NCBI GenBank assembly: GCA_024711405.1
Contig: JANJSZ010000042.1
Span: forward strand, 1-60,946
Origin: Acidovorax sp.
Lineage (GTDB): Bacteria; Pseudomonadota; Gammaproteobacteria; Burkholderiales; Burkholderiaceae_C
Length of the DNA: 60,946 nucleotides
Direction of reading: 5' to 3'
This document shows positions 1-10,200 of this stretch, in pieces; the first letter of the stretch is position 1, and each line of letters starts with the position of its first letter. The notes beneath the pieces are model-generated. The model did no database searches. It saw only the letters and a program-made list of their open reading frames with translations, and was not told the DNA's origin. The translations under genes and the position numbers were made by a program.

Positions 1-2
1 TC

Positions 3-860
3 GGCAAACGCACCAGCCCGACCATCCGTCAGCTGGGTTACCCAACCAAGAATGCATTGAAGGGGTGGTACCGCGAGTATCAGCAGCGGCTCGACCTGCC
101 GCTGGGATATGCCCGTCGGGAGCCGAAGTTCTCGCAGGGCCAGAAGGCAGCGGCCAACCGCCTGTTCCTGGGCCGGGCAGGCCCGACACCGCAGATCCGG
201 ACCGTGTCCGGCCTGCATTGGGCCGGCCGGATGAAAGGCTTTGCCGCCTACGCCGGCGTTGATTGGCGCCTCTCGCCTCACCAACTGCGCCGGGCGTACG
301 CCTGGACCTTCGTGCGGCATCGCCTGGGAAATGTCCTCTTCCTCAAGGAGCAGTTCAAACACTCGAGCATCGAGATGACGCAGCTGTATGCGGCGAACCC
401 TATGCAAGATGACGCGCTGTTTGAAGACCTGTTCACGGAGATCAGTGCCCGAAAAGTCGAGCTGATCGAAGGCTGGCTCCACGCGGATACGCCCCTGGCG
501 GGGCGCGCCGGCCAGCGAATCGTGAGCATGCGGGCCCACGACTTCCCTAGCCGCGAAACTCTCATCGAGGAGACGGCCGATTGGATCAATATCCGCAGCA
601 CCGGCCATTCGTACTGCTTGGCCCAGGATGATGGCTGTGGCGGGGCCGGTCTGTATGAGCCGTGGCGGTGCGGCGCCTGCAATGACTCTGTGATCGACAG
701 TTCCCAGCGGATCGCGTGGCAGGCAATACACGCCCACCAACTGGAGCTCCAAGTGGAGGCCCGCGAGTTGGGACCGGCAGCGGTCCAGCGCGTGCAACGA
801 GACCTCCACCGGGTCGAAGACGTCTTGAAGCAGCTGGGGCCGGGGATCGAACCGCTATGA
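3..860 (+). pseudogene. Chimeric ORF, open from the window start: IS3-family transposase N-terminal fragment (to ~155) fused in frame to the C-terminal half of a tyrosine recombinase
   Basis: Frame from nt 3 reads GKRTSPTIRQLGYPTKNALKGWYREYQQRLDLPLGYARREPKFSQGQKAAA, which I recognise as IS3-type. It then switches to NRLFLG...HQLRR...FKHSSIEMTQLY (HxxR, H, Y of tyrosine recombinases) and a Cys-rich tail (YC..C..CGAC). Confidence 0.7.
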
Positions 861-1285
861 AAGCCAGATGGGACCGACGCCAGGCGCCCGAAGAGGTTCG
901 CGGGCGCAATCGAGACACAACGACCGCCGATCTGTGGGAGGCTCTGGCACGCCTGCAGCGTGCCGAGGCCGTTCCGACGATCACAGCCCTAGCGGTCGAG
1001 GTCGGCGTCACTCCAGCGTTGATTCACAACCGCTACCCGGATGTCGCGAAGGAGGTTCGCCGCCTGAGCGGCCGAGAGCCCGGCGCAAGCGAGGACAGCC
1101 TCAAGGCGGCGCTCAAACGCGAACAGGAGACTGCCCGTGATTTGCGCGCCGAGAACTTGGACCTGCGCAAGCAGCTTCAGGCCATGGCCTCGGTGAACGA
1201 AGCGCTGCGGCAGGAGGTCAGGATTCTGCATGCGACCGGCCACGCGAAGGTCGTGAGCTTCGTGCCCGGGGCACCGACACGCTAG
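857..1285 (+). CDS. Small HTH + coiled-coil recombinase accessory protein (Tn554 TnpC-like)
   Basis: ATGA overlap with the upstream stop; HTH-like PTITALAVEVGVTPALIHNRYP followed by a heptad coiled coil; typical last gene of multi-recombinase modules. Confidence 0.7.
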   Translation: MKARWDRRQAPEEVRGRNRDTTTADLWEALARLQRAEAVPTITALAVEVGVTPALIHNRYPDVAKEVRRLSGREPGASEDSLKAALKREQETARDLRAENLDLRKQLQAMASVNEALRQEVRILHATGHAKVVSFVPGAPTR

Positions 1286-1989
1286 TCGAATAGGGAAGCT
1301 GTTTGAGGAACGGCCTTAGCCGGCGCTCGCTCGACCGGCTCGCCGGTGGCTGCCAGGCGCTCAGGCGGACAAGCCTGCATGAAGTCCATCGAGCCTTCGG
1401 CGGGCGCGTCCAGCCAGGCGTCGTACTGGGATTCGTCCAGCAGGACGACCATACGCTTCTCTTCGCCTGGGCGGTGATAGTTGCACATGACGGGATGGGA
1501 GTCGGCGTTGACCGTCATGAGCGTGAAGGTATGAACGCGCTCTCCTGCAGGCGAATGCCAAGTGTTCCATAGCCCGGCGATCGCCAAGGGGCTGCCGTCG
1601 GCCGCGCTGATACGTGTGGGCACGTGCACGTTCGAGCGCCAGTCTGGCTCGTAGATGGCCTCAGCCGGGACAATGCAGTGCTGGGCCTTCTTCCAAGCGG
1701 CCTGGAACGGCCTCGCGGTGGCAACTGTTTCGGAGCGGGCGTTGTACGTCAGCTTCACCTTGCGCATATCGGTGGCCCAGAAAGGGATCAGGCCGAACCG
1801 CGCGACAACGGCCTCGCGCTCAGGAACCGCCTCGTCGCCCGATTCGAGCTCGGGCGGGCGCCTCACGATGGGCGCAAAGCGTCCTGGAAAGACATCTCGA
1901 TCGAGAACATCCAAGCCGCTGTCGCGGATGGCTCGAAAGAATTCGCGCAGCCGCGCTGCGTCAAGAACCGAGTGGTAACGAGCGCACAT
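1282..1989 (-). CDS. SOS response-associated peptidase (SRAP/YedK/HMCES family)
   Basis: True start MCARY gives the catalytic Cys2; motifs FGLIP, YNARSET, CIVPAEAIYE, AIAGLW, HRPGEEKRMVVLL. Confidence 0.92.
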   Translation of the reverse strand: MCARYHSVLDAARLREFFRAIRDSGLDVLDRDVFPGRFAPIVRRPPELESGDEAVPEREAVVARFGLIPFWATDMRKVKLTYNARSETVATARPFQAAWKKAQHCIVPAEAIYEPDWRSNVHVPTRISAADGSPLAIAGLWNTWHSPAGERVHTFTLMTVNADSHPVMCNYHRPGEEKRMVVLLDESQYDAWLDAPAEGSMDFMQACPPERLAATGEPVERAPAKAVPQTASLFD

Positions 1990-2398
1990 TCTTTGAATTC
2001 TGCTTGGCCGCGCGCTCAAGTCCACCCAGGATGCCGCAGTTGACCGCGGCACGGCCAACCGAGCAGCTGCGGTGCAGTGAGCGCAATTCGGCTTCCAACG
2101 CCTTCAGCTCCCGGATGCGGACCACGACCTGCTCGATGTGACTTGCAATCAGCTCATCCACGACGCCGCAATTCTCGGAAGGAGCGTCTTTGAAGTGCAG
2201 CAGCGTGCGGATCTCAGCCAGCGTCATGTCCAGGCTGCGGCAGTGCCGAATGAAGGCGAGCCGCTGGGCGTGCTCAGCCGTGTAGCTGCGGTAGTTCCCC
2301 TCGGTCCGGGCGGGGGACGGCAGCAGTCCCTCGCGCTCGTAGAAGCGGACCGTTTCGGGAAGCGTATTGGTGGCCTTGGCCAGGTCGCCGATCTTCAT
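1961..2398 (-). CDS. cadR: Cd(II)/Pb(II)-responsive MerR-family regulator (CadR/PbrR)
   Basis: MKIGDLAK...RFYEREGLL...GNYRSY...FIRHCRSLDMTLAEIR; three conserved Cys (NCG, RSC, NCGIL); divergent from the efflux gene. Confidence 0.9.
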   Translation of the reverse strand: MKIGDLAKATNTLPETVRFYEREGLLPSPARTEGNYRSYTAEHAQRLAFIRHCRSLDMTLAEIRTLLHFKDAPSENCGVVDELIASHIEQVVVRIRELKALEAELRSLHRSCSVGRAAVNCGILGGLERAAKQNSKNVRSLPLGS

Positions 2399-2422
2399 GG
2401 ATGAGCCGCCCTTGCAGCGGGC

Positions 2423-2453
2423 TTGACTTTGTAGTTGCTAGAGGGTTTCCAAT
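2423..2453 (+). promoter_or_regulatory. MerR-type promoter/operator for the efflux gene
   Basis: TTGACT (2423-2428), 19-bp spacer, TCCAAT (2448-2453), with the imperfect dyad ACTTTGTAG-TTG-CTAGAGGGT typical of CadR/PbrR operators. Confidence 0.85.
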
Positions 2454-2474
2454 TATGCAGTCCGAGGAATACCC

Positions 2475-3521
2475 ATGAGCGCCACCACAAAATTCGAAAG
2501 TACCTTTGCCGTTCCGAAGATGGATTGCCCGTCCGAGGAGAACATGATCAAGATGGCCTTGCAAAGCGTCGAAGGCGTGCAGTCGCTCACCTTCGACCTG
2601 CCGGGCCGAAAGCTGGTGGCCGTGCATCGCGCGCCGGTCGCCGAGGTGTTGCAGCGTCTCGAACCGCTGGGCTTGGGCGCGAAGCTGGTGCATTCGGCCG
2701 CGGTAGACGATAGCGCCGCCGGCAGCTTCAAGAGCACCTTCCATGTCCCGAAGATGGATTGCCCATCGGAAGAGAACATGATCAAGTTGGCCCTGCAAGA
2801 CGTTCCCGGGGTGAAATCCCTGTCCTTCGACTTGGCCAACCGCAAGCTGACCGCAGTGCATGGCGCTCCGGTGGCGCAGGTCCTGCAACGCCTGGAGCCG
2901 TTGGGTCTGGGCGCCAAGCTGCTGGAATCGGACGCGGTCATGGGTGACGACGATGAAATCGACCCGCCTGACAATGCGGCCGAGGCCAGGCTGCTATGGA
3001 TACTGCTCTCGATCAATGCGGCCATGTTCGTGATCGAGATCGTGATGGGCTTCATCGCTCAATCGACCGGGCTCATCGCCGACTCGCTCGACATGTTCGC
3101 CGACGCTGCGGTGTATGGGCTGTCCCTGTTTGCCGTCGGCCGAGCAGCTGCCCTTAAGACGCGTGCGGCTCACACGGCGGGCTGGTTGCAACTGGCGCTT
3201 GCGCTCATGGCACTCAGCGAGGTCGTTCGACGCTTCATCGCCGGGAGCGAACCTGTCTCGGGCCTGATGATGGGGATGGGCCTGGTGGCCCTGATCGCCA
3301 ACGTCATCTGCCTGGTCTTGATATCCAAGAAGCGGGATGCCGGTGCGCACATGAAGGCAAGCTACATCTTCTCGGCCAACGACGTGATCGCCAATGCGGG
3401 CGTGATCCTGGCTGGCTTCCTGGTGGCCATGACCGGATCCAACTACCCTGATCTGGTCATCGGCACCGTGGTGGGTCTGATCGTCTTGAACGGTGCCCGG
3501 CGCATCCTGAGTCTCAAATGA
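2475..3521 (+). CDS. Cation efflux (CDF-like) transporter with two N-terminal HMA-like domains
   Basis: Two copies of F.STF.VPKMDCPSEENMIK.AL...; CDF TM motifs GLIADSLDMFADA and IFSANDVIAN. Confidence 0.88.
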   Translation: MSATTKFESTFAVPKMDCPSEENMIKMALQSVEGVQSLTFDLPGRKLVAVHRAPVAEVLQRLEPLGLGAKLVHSAAVDDSAAGSFKSTFHVPKMDCPSEENMIKLALQDVPGVKSLSFDLANRKLTAVHGAPVAQVLQRLEPLGLGAKLLESDAVMGDDDEIDPPDNAAEARLLWILLSINAAMFVIEIVMGFIAQSTGLIADSLDMFADAAVYGLSLFAVGRAAALKTRAAHTAGWLQLALALMALSEVVRRFIAGSEPVSGLMMGMGLVALIANVICLVLISKKRDAGAHMKASYIFSANDVIANAGVILAGFLVAMTGSNYPDLVIGTVVGLIVLNGARRILSLK

Positions 3522-3832
3522 CGAACCTGACAGCCATAGACGATCGGCAGCGCGGGGCAGCATTTGCTCACCTCGTGGAGCGGGCGAGATCCCGAGGACC
3601 TGACCGGTGGAAGGTCCTGGAGGCCGCGCACGTGCTTGGCCAAGAGCGCTTCTGGCTTCATCTGCGGAGTCATTGGTACATGCTGGCCCTGGCCGCGCGT
3701 GAGCGTGACGTGCGGGAAGCCGCGGGCCAGCTGTTTAGGATCCTGCTGGTGCCGCTTGGCCACCTCTCGGGCAGGCTGCCGCTTGGCAACCCTGGCCGGG
3801 CCACGGTCAGTGCCTTCGCGCCAATGCTGTGA
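3518..3832 (+). CDS. DUF3703-like protein
   Basis: LEAAHVLGQ...HLRSHWYML...GQLFRI...LPLGNPGRATVSAFAPM; ATGA-coupled to the transporter. Confidence 0.75.
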   Translation: MTNLTAIDDRQRGAAFAHLVERARSRGPDRWKVLEAAHVLGQERFWLHLRSHWYMLALAARERDVREAAGQLFRILLVPLGHLSGRLPLGNPGRATVSAFAPML

Positions 3833-3945
3833 GACCGGAACTCGCTGAAATTCTGTCCGCGTCAATAGCACTCACGGCCGAGCACGGTGCGGCAACGCGC
3901 TGAATCCAACCACGGCCCTGCGATCTGGTCTAACCAACAAGAACG

Positions 3946-4446
3946 ATGAAGTATGTCAACCGACCAGCTCGCTGGTATTGCCTTGCGCTTGTAGTCTTTG
4001 CCGCAGACCAGACTGCCAAGACCTGGATTCATCTGACCACCCTGCTCGGCTGGTCGCGCGAGGTCGCACCGTTCTTCAGCCTGGTCCACGTACTGAACCC
4101 CGGCGCGGCCTTCAGCTTCCTGGCCGGCACCGGCGGATGGCAACGCTGGTTCTTCCTGGCCATCGCCCTGGGCGCGTCGGCCTGGCTCGCTTGGCTGCTC
4201 GCCAAGCCGGTGCGCAGCCTCGAGGGCTTGGCTTATAGCCTCATCCTGGGCGGCGCCCTGGGCAATGCCTTCGACCGGGCTGTGCGCGGGTCCGTGATTG
4301 ACTATCTGGACTTCCACCTGCACGGCTGGCACTGGCCGGCATTCAACATCGCCGACATGGCCATCGTTGGTGGCGCCGTTGGTCTCATTGCATCGTCAGT
4401 TCTGGGGCACCGCGAGGCAAACACATCCTCTCGAAGGCACACGTAA
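3946..4446 (+). CDS. lspA: Lipoprotein signal peptidase II (PbrC-like accessory copy)
   Basis: DQTAK, NPGAAFS, GGALGNAFDR, VIDY, WPAFNIAD motifs. Confidence 0.95.
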   Translation: MKYVNRPARWYCLALVVFAADQTAKTWIHLTTLLGWSREVAPFFSLVHVLNPGAAFSFLAGTGGWQRWFFLAIALGASAWLAWLLAKPVRSLEGLAYSLILGGALGNAFDRAVRGSVIDYLDFHLHGWHWPAFNIADMAIVGGAVGLIASSVLGHREANTSSRRHT

Positions 4447-4528
4447 CTGTTGCCGCTTAGCAGTCCCGACAACAAGGGAGCCCCCCAACCCGCGCGTGCA
4501 GGCGTGCTCTGCTGTGCGAAACTTCCTG

Positions 4529-5128
4529 ATGACCAAAGGAATCATCGCGCTTGACGCTGACGGAGTCCTCCTGGACTACGGCTTGGCCTATGCCAGCGCT
4601 TGGCAGAAGGCGTTCGGCACGTACCCTGGCGAGCGCGATCCGCTCGCCTACTGGCCCATCGACAGATGGGAAGTGGAGCGAGTTGAAGGGGATAGGCTTG
4701 ATCTGCTTCGGCGGGCCTTCGACAACGAGTTCTGGTCATCGATCCCGCCGGTTCCAGGAGCGATTGAGGCGTGCCACAAGCTCGCCGCGGCGGGCTCGGC
4801 CTTGCCTGCGGAATTCAGGGCAGCTCGCGAGCACAACCTGAGACTGCACGGATTCCCGATTCACCTGGTCCACGCCACCGACAACGTGGCAACGGCCGCG
4901 AGCCCTAAGGCCGACACGCTCAACTCCCTAAAGCCGATCGCCTTCGTCGACGACTACTTGCCGTACTTCGTGGGCGTCGATGCCGCGATCCATCGCGCAT
5001 TGATTTTGCGTGGGATTACCGGGTCGCCCAACGCGGGCGACCTGTTGGTACACACGGATTCGCATCACGCCGACCTTCTTGCGTTTGCGAATTGGTGGTC
5101 GCAGCGCGCTGGTGATAAGTGCCGGTAA
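4529..5128 (+). CDS. HAD-superfamily hydrolase
   Basis: Start MTKGIIALDADGVLLD (motif I DxDGV), SPKA (motif III), FVDD (motif IV). Confidence 0.8.
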   Translation: MTKGIIALDADGVLLDYGLAYASAWQKAFGTYPGERDPLAYWPIDRWEVERVEGDRLDLLRRAFDNEFWSSIPPVPGAIEACHKLAAAGSALPAEFRAAREHNLRLHGFPIHLVHATDNVATAASPKADTLNSLKPIAFVDDYLPYFVGVDAAIHRALILRGITGSPNAGDLLVHTDSHHADLLAFANWWSQRAGDKCR

Positions 5129-5150
5129 CAGTTACTGCTGTTGAGAAACC

Positions 5151-5405
5151 ATGATCACGCAGAACTGCGACAACGTGCCCGTGCTGAACCTGATGCACAG
5201 ATCAGACCCCAAGCGGGCACCGGACATGCAGGACAAGCGCACGGTTGTGCCGCTGGAAAAGGGGGCCTGGGACGCCTGGCTGCATGGCACGGTGGGGGAG
5301 GCCGAGGCATTGATCAAGGTGCTGCCGTTAGTTTGTTTCGTTCATGGCGCCAGGGATCCGACGCAGCAGGTTGAGTTGCTTGATTCGCCAGACCAACGCA
5401 GGTGA
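5151..5405 (+). pseudogene. C-terminal remnant of a second SRAP-family gene
   Basis: MITQNCD..P.LNLMH..DP....QDKRTVVPLE...WDAWL parallels the C-terminus of the intact SRAP (TVNAD.HP.M..YH...EEKRMVV.L....DAWL); no N-terminal MC start. Confidence 0.75.
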
Positions 5406-5842
5406 TCGACCGTACACCGGAACCGAGATTGATCGATTGGATAACTTCAGCCCTCAATCAGACCAGTGACATAGACGGTTTAGCAGCGACTGCGGTCGGT
5501 CGCTGCAGGGGGCTGGATTCACGGAGCCTGGCGCGAAGCTGTCATCGGCTCACCCAGCAGCACGGCGACATCAATGACAGGTATCGAAAGGGCTGCAGTC
5601 ATCCAGCGCGGCAGGCCACCGTTTGCACCGCCAACTCGCGGTCGAATGTCCACTGCACGAAGTGGTCGAACTTACGCTCTGGGCCCAAAAGGGAAATATC
5701 CATGTCGTTGGTCAATGGCCGCTACCGCTGCTTTGCAGGTACTGATTTTGACAGCCGTCCACCTCTTGTGTCGATATGTGCAAGGCATCGGTGGTTAACA
5801 CAACGGAAGGCGAAGAAGCCTTCGCGCTCATAAACTCCGCGC

Positions 5843-6736
5843 ATGACCACAACCCAAACGGCGCACCGATCCGAAGCCCTCACCGCAGTCTACCCACTGT
5901 TCTTTGTTGTACTGTGGAGCACCGGTTTCATCGGTGCCAAGTTCGGTCTGCCTGATGCCGAACCACTGACCTTTCTGACCCTCCGCTATCTGGCCGTCCT
6001 GGTGCTGATGGGTGTTCTCACTTGGCTCATGCGCGCACCTTGGCCCCGAACAGGGCTGGAGTGGATTCACATTGGCGTGTCAGGACTGCTCATTCATGCG
6101 GTCTATCTGGGCGGTGTGTTCACCGCCATCAGCCACGGCTTGCCAGCCGGTGTTGCCTCCCTGGTGGTGGGACTGCAGCCTGTACTGACGGCACTTGGGG
6201 CCGGAATGCTGCTGGGCGACCGCGTGCGCCCGACACAATGGGTTGGCTTGGCGGTGGGTTTTGCCGGCGTTGGCATGGTGGTGGCGCACAAGGTTGCAGC
6301 CAGTGCCAGTGGTGACGCCATCTCGGCCATGCTGCTGCCAGCCGTGATCGCACTACTGGCAATTACCGCGGGTACGCTTTACCAAAAGCGGTTCTGTCAC
6401 TCGTTTGATCTACGCACAGGCTCGGTGATTCAGTTCCTCCCGTGCCTGGTGTTCACTGCGCTGGTGGCCAGCCAGACCGAAACCATGCGGGTGCACTGGA
6501 CCGGCTCCTTCGTCTTCGCACTCGGATGGTTGGTACTGGTGCTCTCGCTTGGCGCAGTGAGCTTGCTGAACTTGCTAATCCGAAGCGGCAGTGCCGTGAA
6601 CGTCGCCAGCCTGTTTTACCTGACCCCACCCACTACCGCACTCATTGCCTGGGCGCTGTTTGGTGAGACCTTGACGGGCCTGTCCTTGATCGGCATGGCG
6701 CTGACCGTCTTCGGGGTGTGGCTGGCTCGCAAGTAA
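5843..6736 (+). CDS. DMT/EamA-family transporter
   Basis: About 10 hydrophobic segments, FVVLWSTGFIGAKFG, internal two-fold repeat. Confidence 0.9.
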   Translation: MTTTQTAHRSEALTAVYPLFFVVLWSTGFIGAKFGLPDAEPLTFLTLRYLAVLVLMGVLTWLMRAPWPRTGLEWIHIGVSGLLIHAVYLGGVFTAISHGLPAGVASLVVGLQPVLTALGAGMLLGDRVRPTQWVGLAVGFAGVGMVVAHKVAASASGDAISAMLLPAVIALLAITAGTLYQKRFCHSFDLRTGSVIQFLPCLVFTALVASQTETMRVHWTGSFVFALGWLVLVLSLGAVSLLNLLIRSGSAVNVASLFYLTPPTTALIAWALFGETLTGLSLIGMALTVFGVWLARK

Positions 6737-7137
6737 GGTGCCTCTGATGTTAGGCGACACGTTAGGAGGTGCGTCCGCAAATGTCGCTGCGGCATGGCAC
6801 CACAAGCAAATTGAACCCTGTCGCCCCAGACTCAACAAACGACTGCTGCTGCGGCCACGTTCACTTTCATGACACTGCCCCGCTGATCAGGTGCGGCAAG
6901 CCCAGCGGGCCCAATGCGTGCATCACCCCCCGGTTACTTTGGTCAGGTGAAGAAGCGCAGTTCAGGAGCCCGGGTGCCGTGTCAAACGCTGCCCTGTTAC
7001 GACCGATCAATCAAAGGGATACCTTTTTGACACTCGACCATCAGGTTGGATTGGCATAACGCCCCGTCGTGCCAGCTGTGTCTGCTAAATCGTGGCACGC
7101 TATGGCCGCGATCTGGCGGGCATTTCAGCTACATGGC

Positions 7138-7167
7138 CGACAGCAACCAGCCTGAAGCGGTAGTTCG
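7138..7167. repeat. Copy of a dispersed junction repeat
   Basis: 7138-7160 matches the reverse complement of 27158-27180 at 21/23; 7156-7167 is the exact reverse complement of 43288-43299. Confidence 0.6.
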
Positions 7168-7264
7168 ACCGTAAGACGTGAAGGTTGCTCTTGACCATCA
7201 CCTGCCAGCCCCATAGAAACCAACTCTACTGAGCCTGGTAGCGTTTCACGAGCGCAAGACATGG

Positions 7265-10200
7265 CTACTGAGCATTGAATCTGTTGCCCCCCCGCTCCCT
7301 CAACACCTCATACAACTGCGCCGGCCCCAGCAAGATGGCCTTGAGCCCGGAGCGCACCCGCTCGCTGTCCAGCGCCTGTTTGCTCATGGTGGTGTAGGCA
7401 TCAAAGGCGTCGATGATGGCGTCGGTCAGTGCGCTGTCCAGGTCGGGTGAGTTGTCGAACTGGCCCTTGCTGTTGTTGCTGGCCTGTTGCACCAGGATGT
7501 CGGACTCCAGCAGTTTGCCTTTGACGTGGTTCACATACACCAGCCGGTCGTCGTCGCTGAGTTCGCCGTCGAACAGGTCGTTCACCTTGGCAACGATCTC
7601 TGATAGCAGCACTTTCATCTTGTCCTGCACCGCGCCCGCGCCGGTGTCGGTCAGGGGCTGCAGCTTGTAGTCGCCGTCGGTGTCGTGCAGCGCCAGGCTG
7701 CGCTGGCCTTGCTCCTTCAGCCGGTGGTGGGTCAGCACCACCTTCGACAGGTCCACCCCTTCGCGCTCCCGGCCGAAGTCCAGCAGGGGCAGCAGGCGCT
7801 TGAAGAAGATGGCGCGCTTTTCGATGGCGGTGTTGCCGTAGTCGAATACTTGGCCCAGGAAGGCGTACACGCGCACGAAGGTGCCCAGGTCGCGCTTGAA
7901 CAGGGTGAGGGCTGCCAGTTCATCCTTGGCGGCCTGCGCAGCCGGGCCGTCTGGGATGGCGCTGGCCTCTGCGTCCTGCAGGTTCTGCCGCGCCGCCATG
8001 TAGCGCTTGAGCAGCCGGTCGGCCACCGGCTCGATGGCAGCCACCAGTAGGGCCTGCGTGGCCTTGGGGTTCAGCTCGGCCAGCACCACGCGCTCGACCT
8101 CGAACTCGTCGTAATGGCCCGAGGCATCGAGCTTGGCGCGCAGGTCATAGACCAGATGCGGGTCGGTCACCCCGGCCAGCTCGGCGGTTTCGTAATAGGT
8201 CTTGAACGCTGCCAGAACATCGTCGGGCTCGTTCACAAAGTCGAGGATGTAGGTCGTGTCTTTGAGGCCGAATGGCCCGCTGTAGGCGCGGTTCAGGCGG
8301 CTCAGGGTCTGCACCGCCTGGATGCCGCCCAGGCGCTTGTCCACGTACATGCCGCACAAGAGCGGCTGGTCAAACCCGGTCTGGAACTTGTTGGCCACGA
8401 GCAGGATTTGGTATTCATCGGTGGCAAACGCCTCGCGCATGTCGCGGCCCTTGAGGTTCGGGTTCAGCGCGGTGCTGTTCTCCGACACCGGGTCAGGCAG
8501 GCTCTGCGGGTCGTTTACCTCGCCCGAGAAAGCCACCAGCGCGCCCAGTGGGTAGCCGTTGTCCTGGATGTAGTTCTGGATGGCCAGTTGCCAGCGCACC
8601 GCCTCTTGCCGGCTGCCCACCACCACCATGGCCTTGGCGTGGCCGTCGAGCAGGGGCTGCACGTTCTCGCGGAAGTGCTCCACCACCACCGCCACCTTCT
8701 GGCTGATGTTGTAGGGGTGCAGGCGCACCCAGCGCATCAAGCCCTTCATGGCCTCGTTGCGCTCAACCTCTTTCTCGTCCCACTCCTTGCCGTTGTTGGC
8801 CAGCTTGAAGGCCAGCTTGTAGGGCGTGTAGTTCTTCAGCACGTCGAGGATGAAGCCCTCCTCAATGGCCTGGCGCATGCTGTAGATGTGGAACGGCGCG
8901 GGCAGGTTGCCCGGCCCGGCGGGCTGATCCGGCTGCGGGCGGCGGCCAAACAGCTCCAGCGTCTTGGCCTTGGGCGTGGCGGTGAAGGCCACATAGGTGA
9001 TGCCGGTGTCTGCTCTGCCGTTGCTCGCCCGGGCCGCCATCTGCGCCGCCAGCAGGTCTTCGGTGCCCACCTCGCCCCCATCGGCCAGGTCTTTCAGTTC
9101 TTCAGCGCTGAGCAGCTGCTTGAGCTTGGATGCGGCCTCGCCCGTCTGGCTGCTGTGCGCCTCGTCGGCAATCACGGCAAAGCGCTTGCCCTGCGTGGCG
9201 GCCAGCTCCTGCACGGCCTTGAGGGCGAATGGGAAGGTCTGGATGGTGCACACCACAATCTTCTTGCCGCCGCCCAGTGCCTCGGCCAGCTCGCCGCTCT
9301 TGCTGCCCGCGTCACCCTTGATGGTGGCCACCACGCCCTTGGTGCGCTCGAAGTCAAAAATCGCCTCTTGCAACTGCGCATCCAGCACATTGCGGTCGCT
9401 CACCACCAACACGCTGTCGAACAGCTTGTGGTTGTGCGCATCGTGCAGGTCGGCCAGAAAGTGCGCCGTCCAGGCAATTGAATTGGTCTTGCCACTGCCA
9501 GCGCTGTGCTGGATCAGGTATTTGTGCCCCGCACCCTCGGCCAACACGGCGGCCTGCAGCTTGCGCGTGGCATCGAGCTGGTGGTAGCGCGGGAAGATGA
9601 AGCCCGTCACCTTCTTCTTGCTGTCGCGCTGGGTGACGAGGTAGCGGCCGATGATCTCCAGCCAGCTGTCGCGCTGCCACACCTGCTCCCACAGGTAGGC
9701 CGTGCGGTGGCCTGCGGGGTTGGGCGGGTTGCCCGCGCCGCCGTGGTCGCCCTGGTTGAAGGGCAGAAAGCGCGTGGCGGGCCCAAGCAGGCGGGTGGCC
9801 ATCATCACCGTGCGGTTGCTCACGGCAAAGTGCACCAGTGCGCCGCGCGGGAAGTCCAGCAGCGGCTCGGCAAACGGTTTGCCCTTGGGCTTGGGGATGC
9901 GGTCAAAGCGGTACTGGTCCACCGCCGCGTTCATGTCCTGCGTGAAGTCGGTTTTGATTTCTGCCGTGGCCACCGGGATGCCATTCAGGAACAGCACCAG
10001 GTCGATCACGTCGTCGTGCCCGGTGCGGCACTGGCGCACCACGCGCAGGCGGTTGGCGGCGTAGCGGGCTTGCAGATCCGGGTTCATGGCCAGCGCGGGC
10101 TTGAACTGCGCCAGCTTGAGCGGGCTCTTGAGCCCCAGCATGTCGATGCCCACTCGCAGCACTTCGAGCGTGCCCCGGTCGTCCAGGGCCTTGCGCAGGC

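Noticed and set aside
1990-2100. LexA box for SRAP
   Set aside because: No CTGT-N8-ACAG seen; the region is cadR coding sequence.
5402-5833. 143-aa ORF between the SRAP remnant and EamA
   Set aside because: No recognisable motifs, and it overlies the junction repeats and hairpins; probably non-coding.
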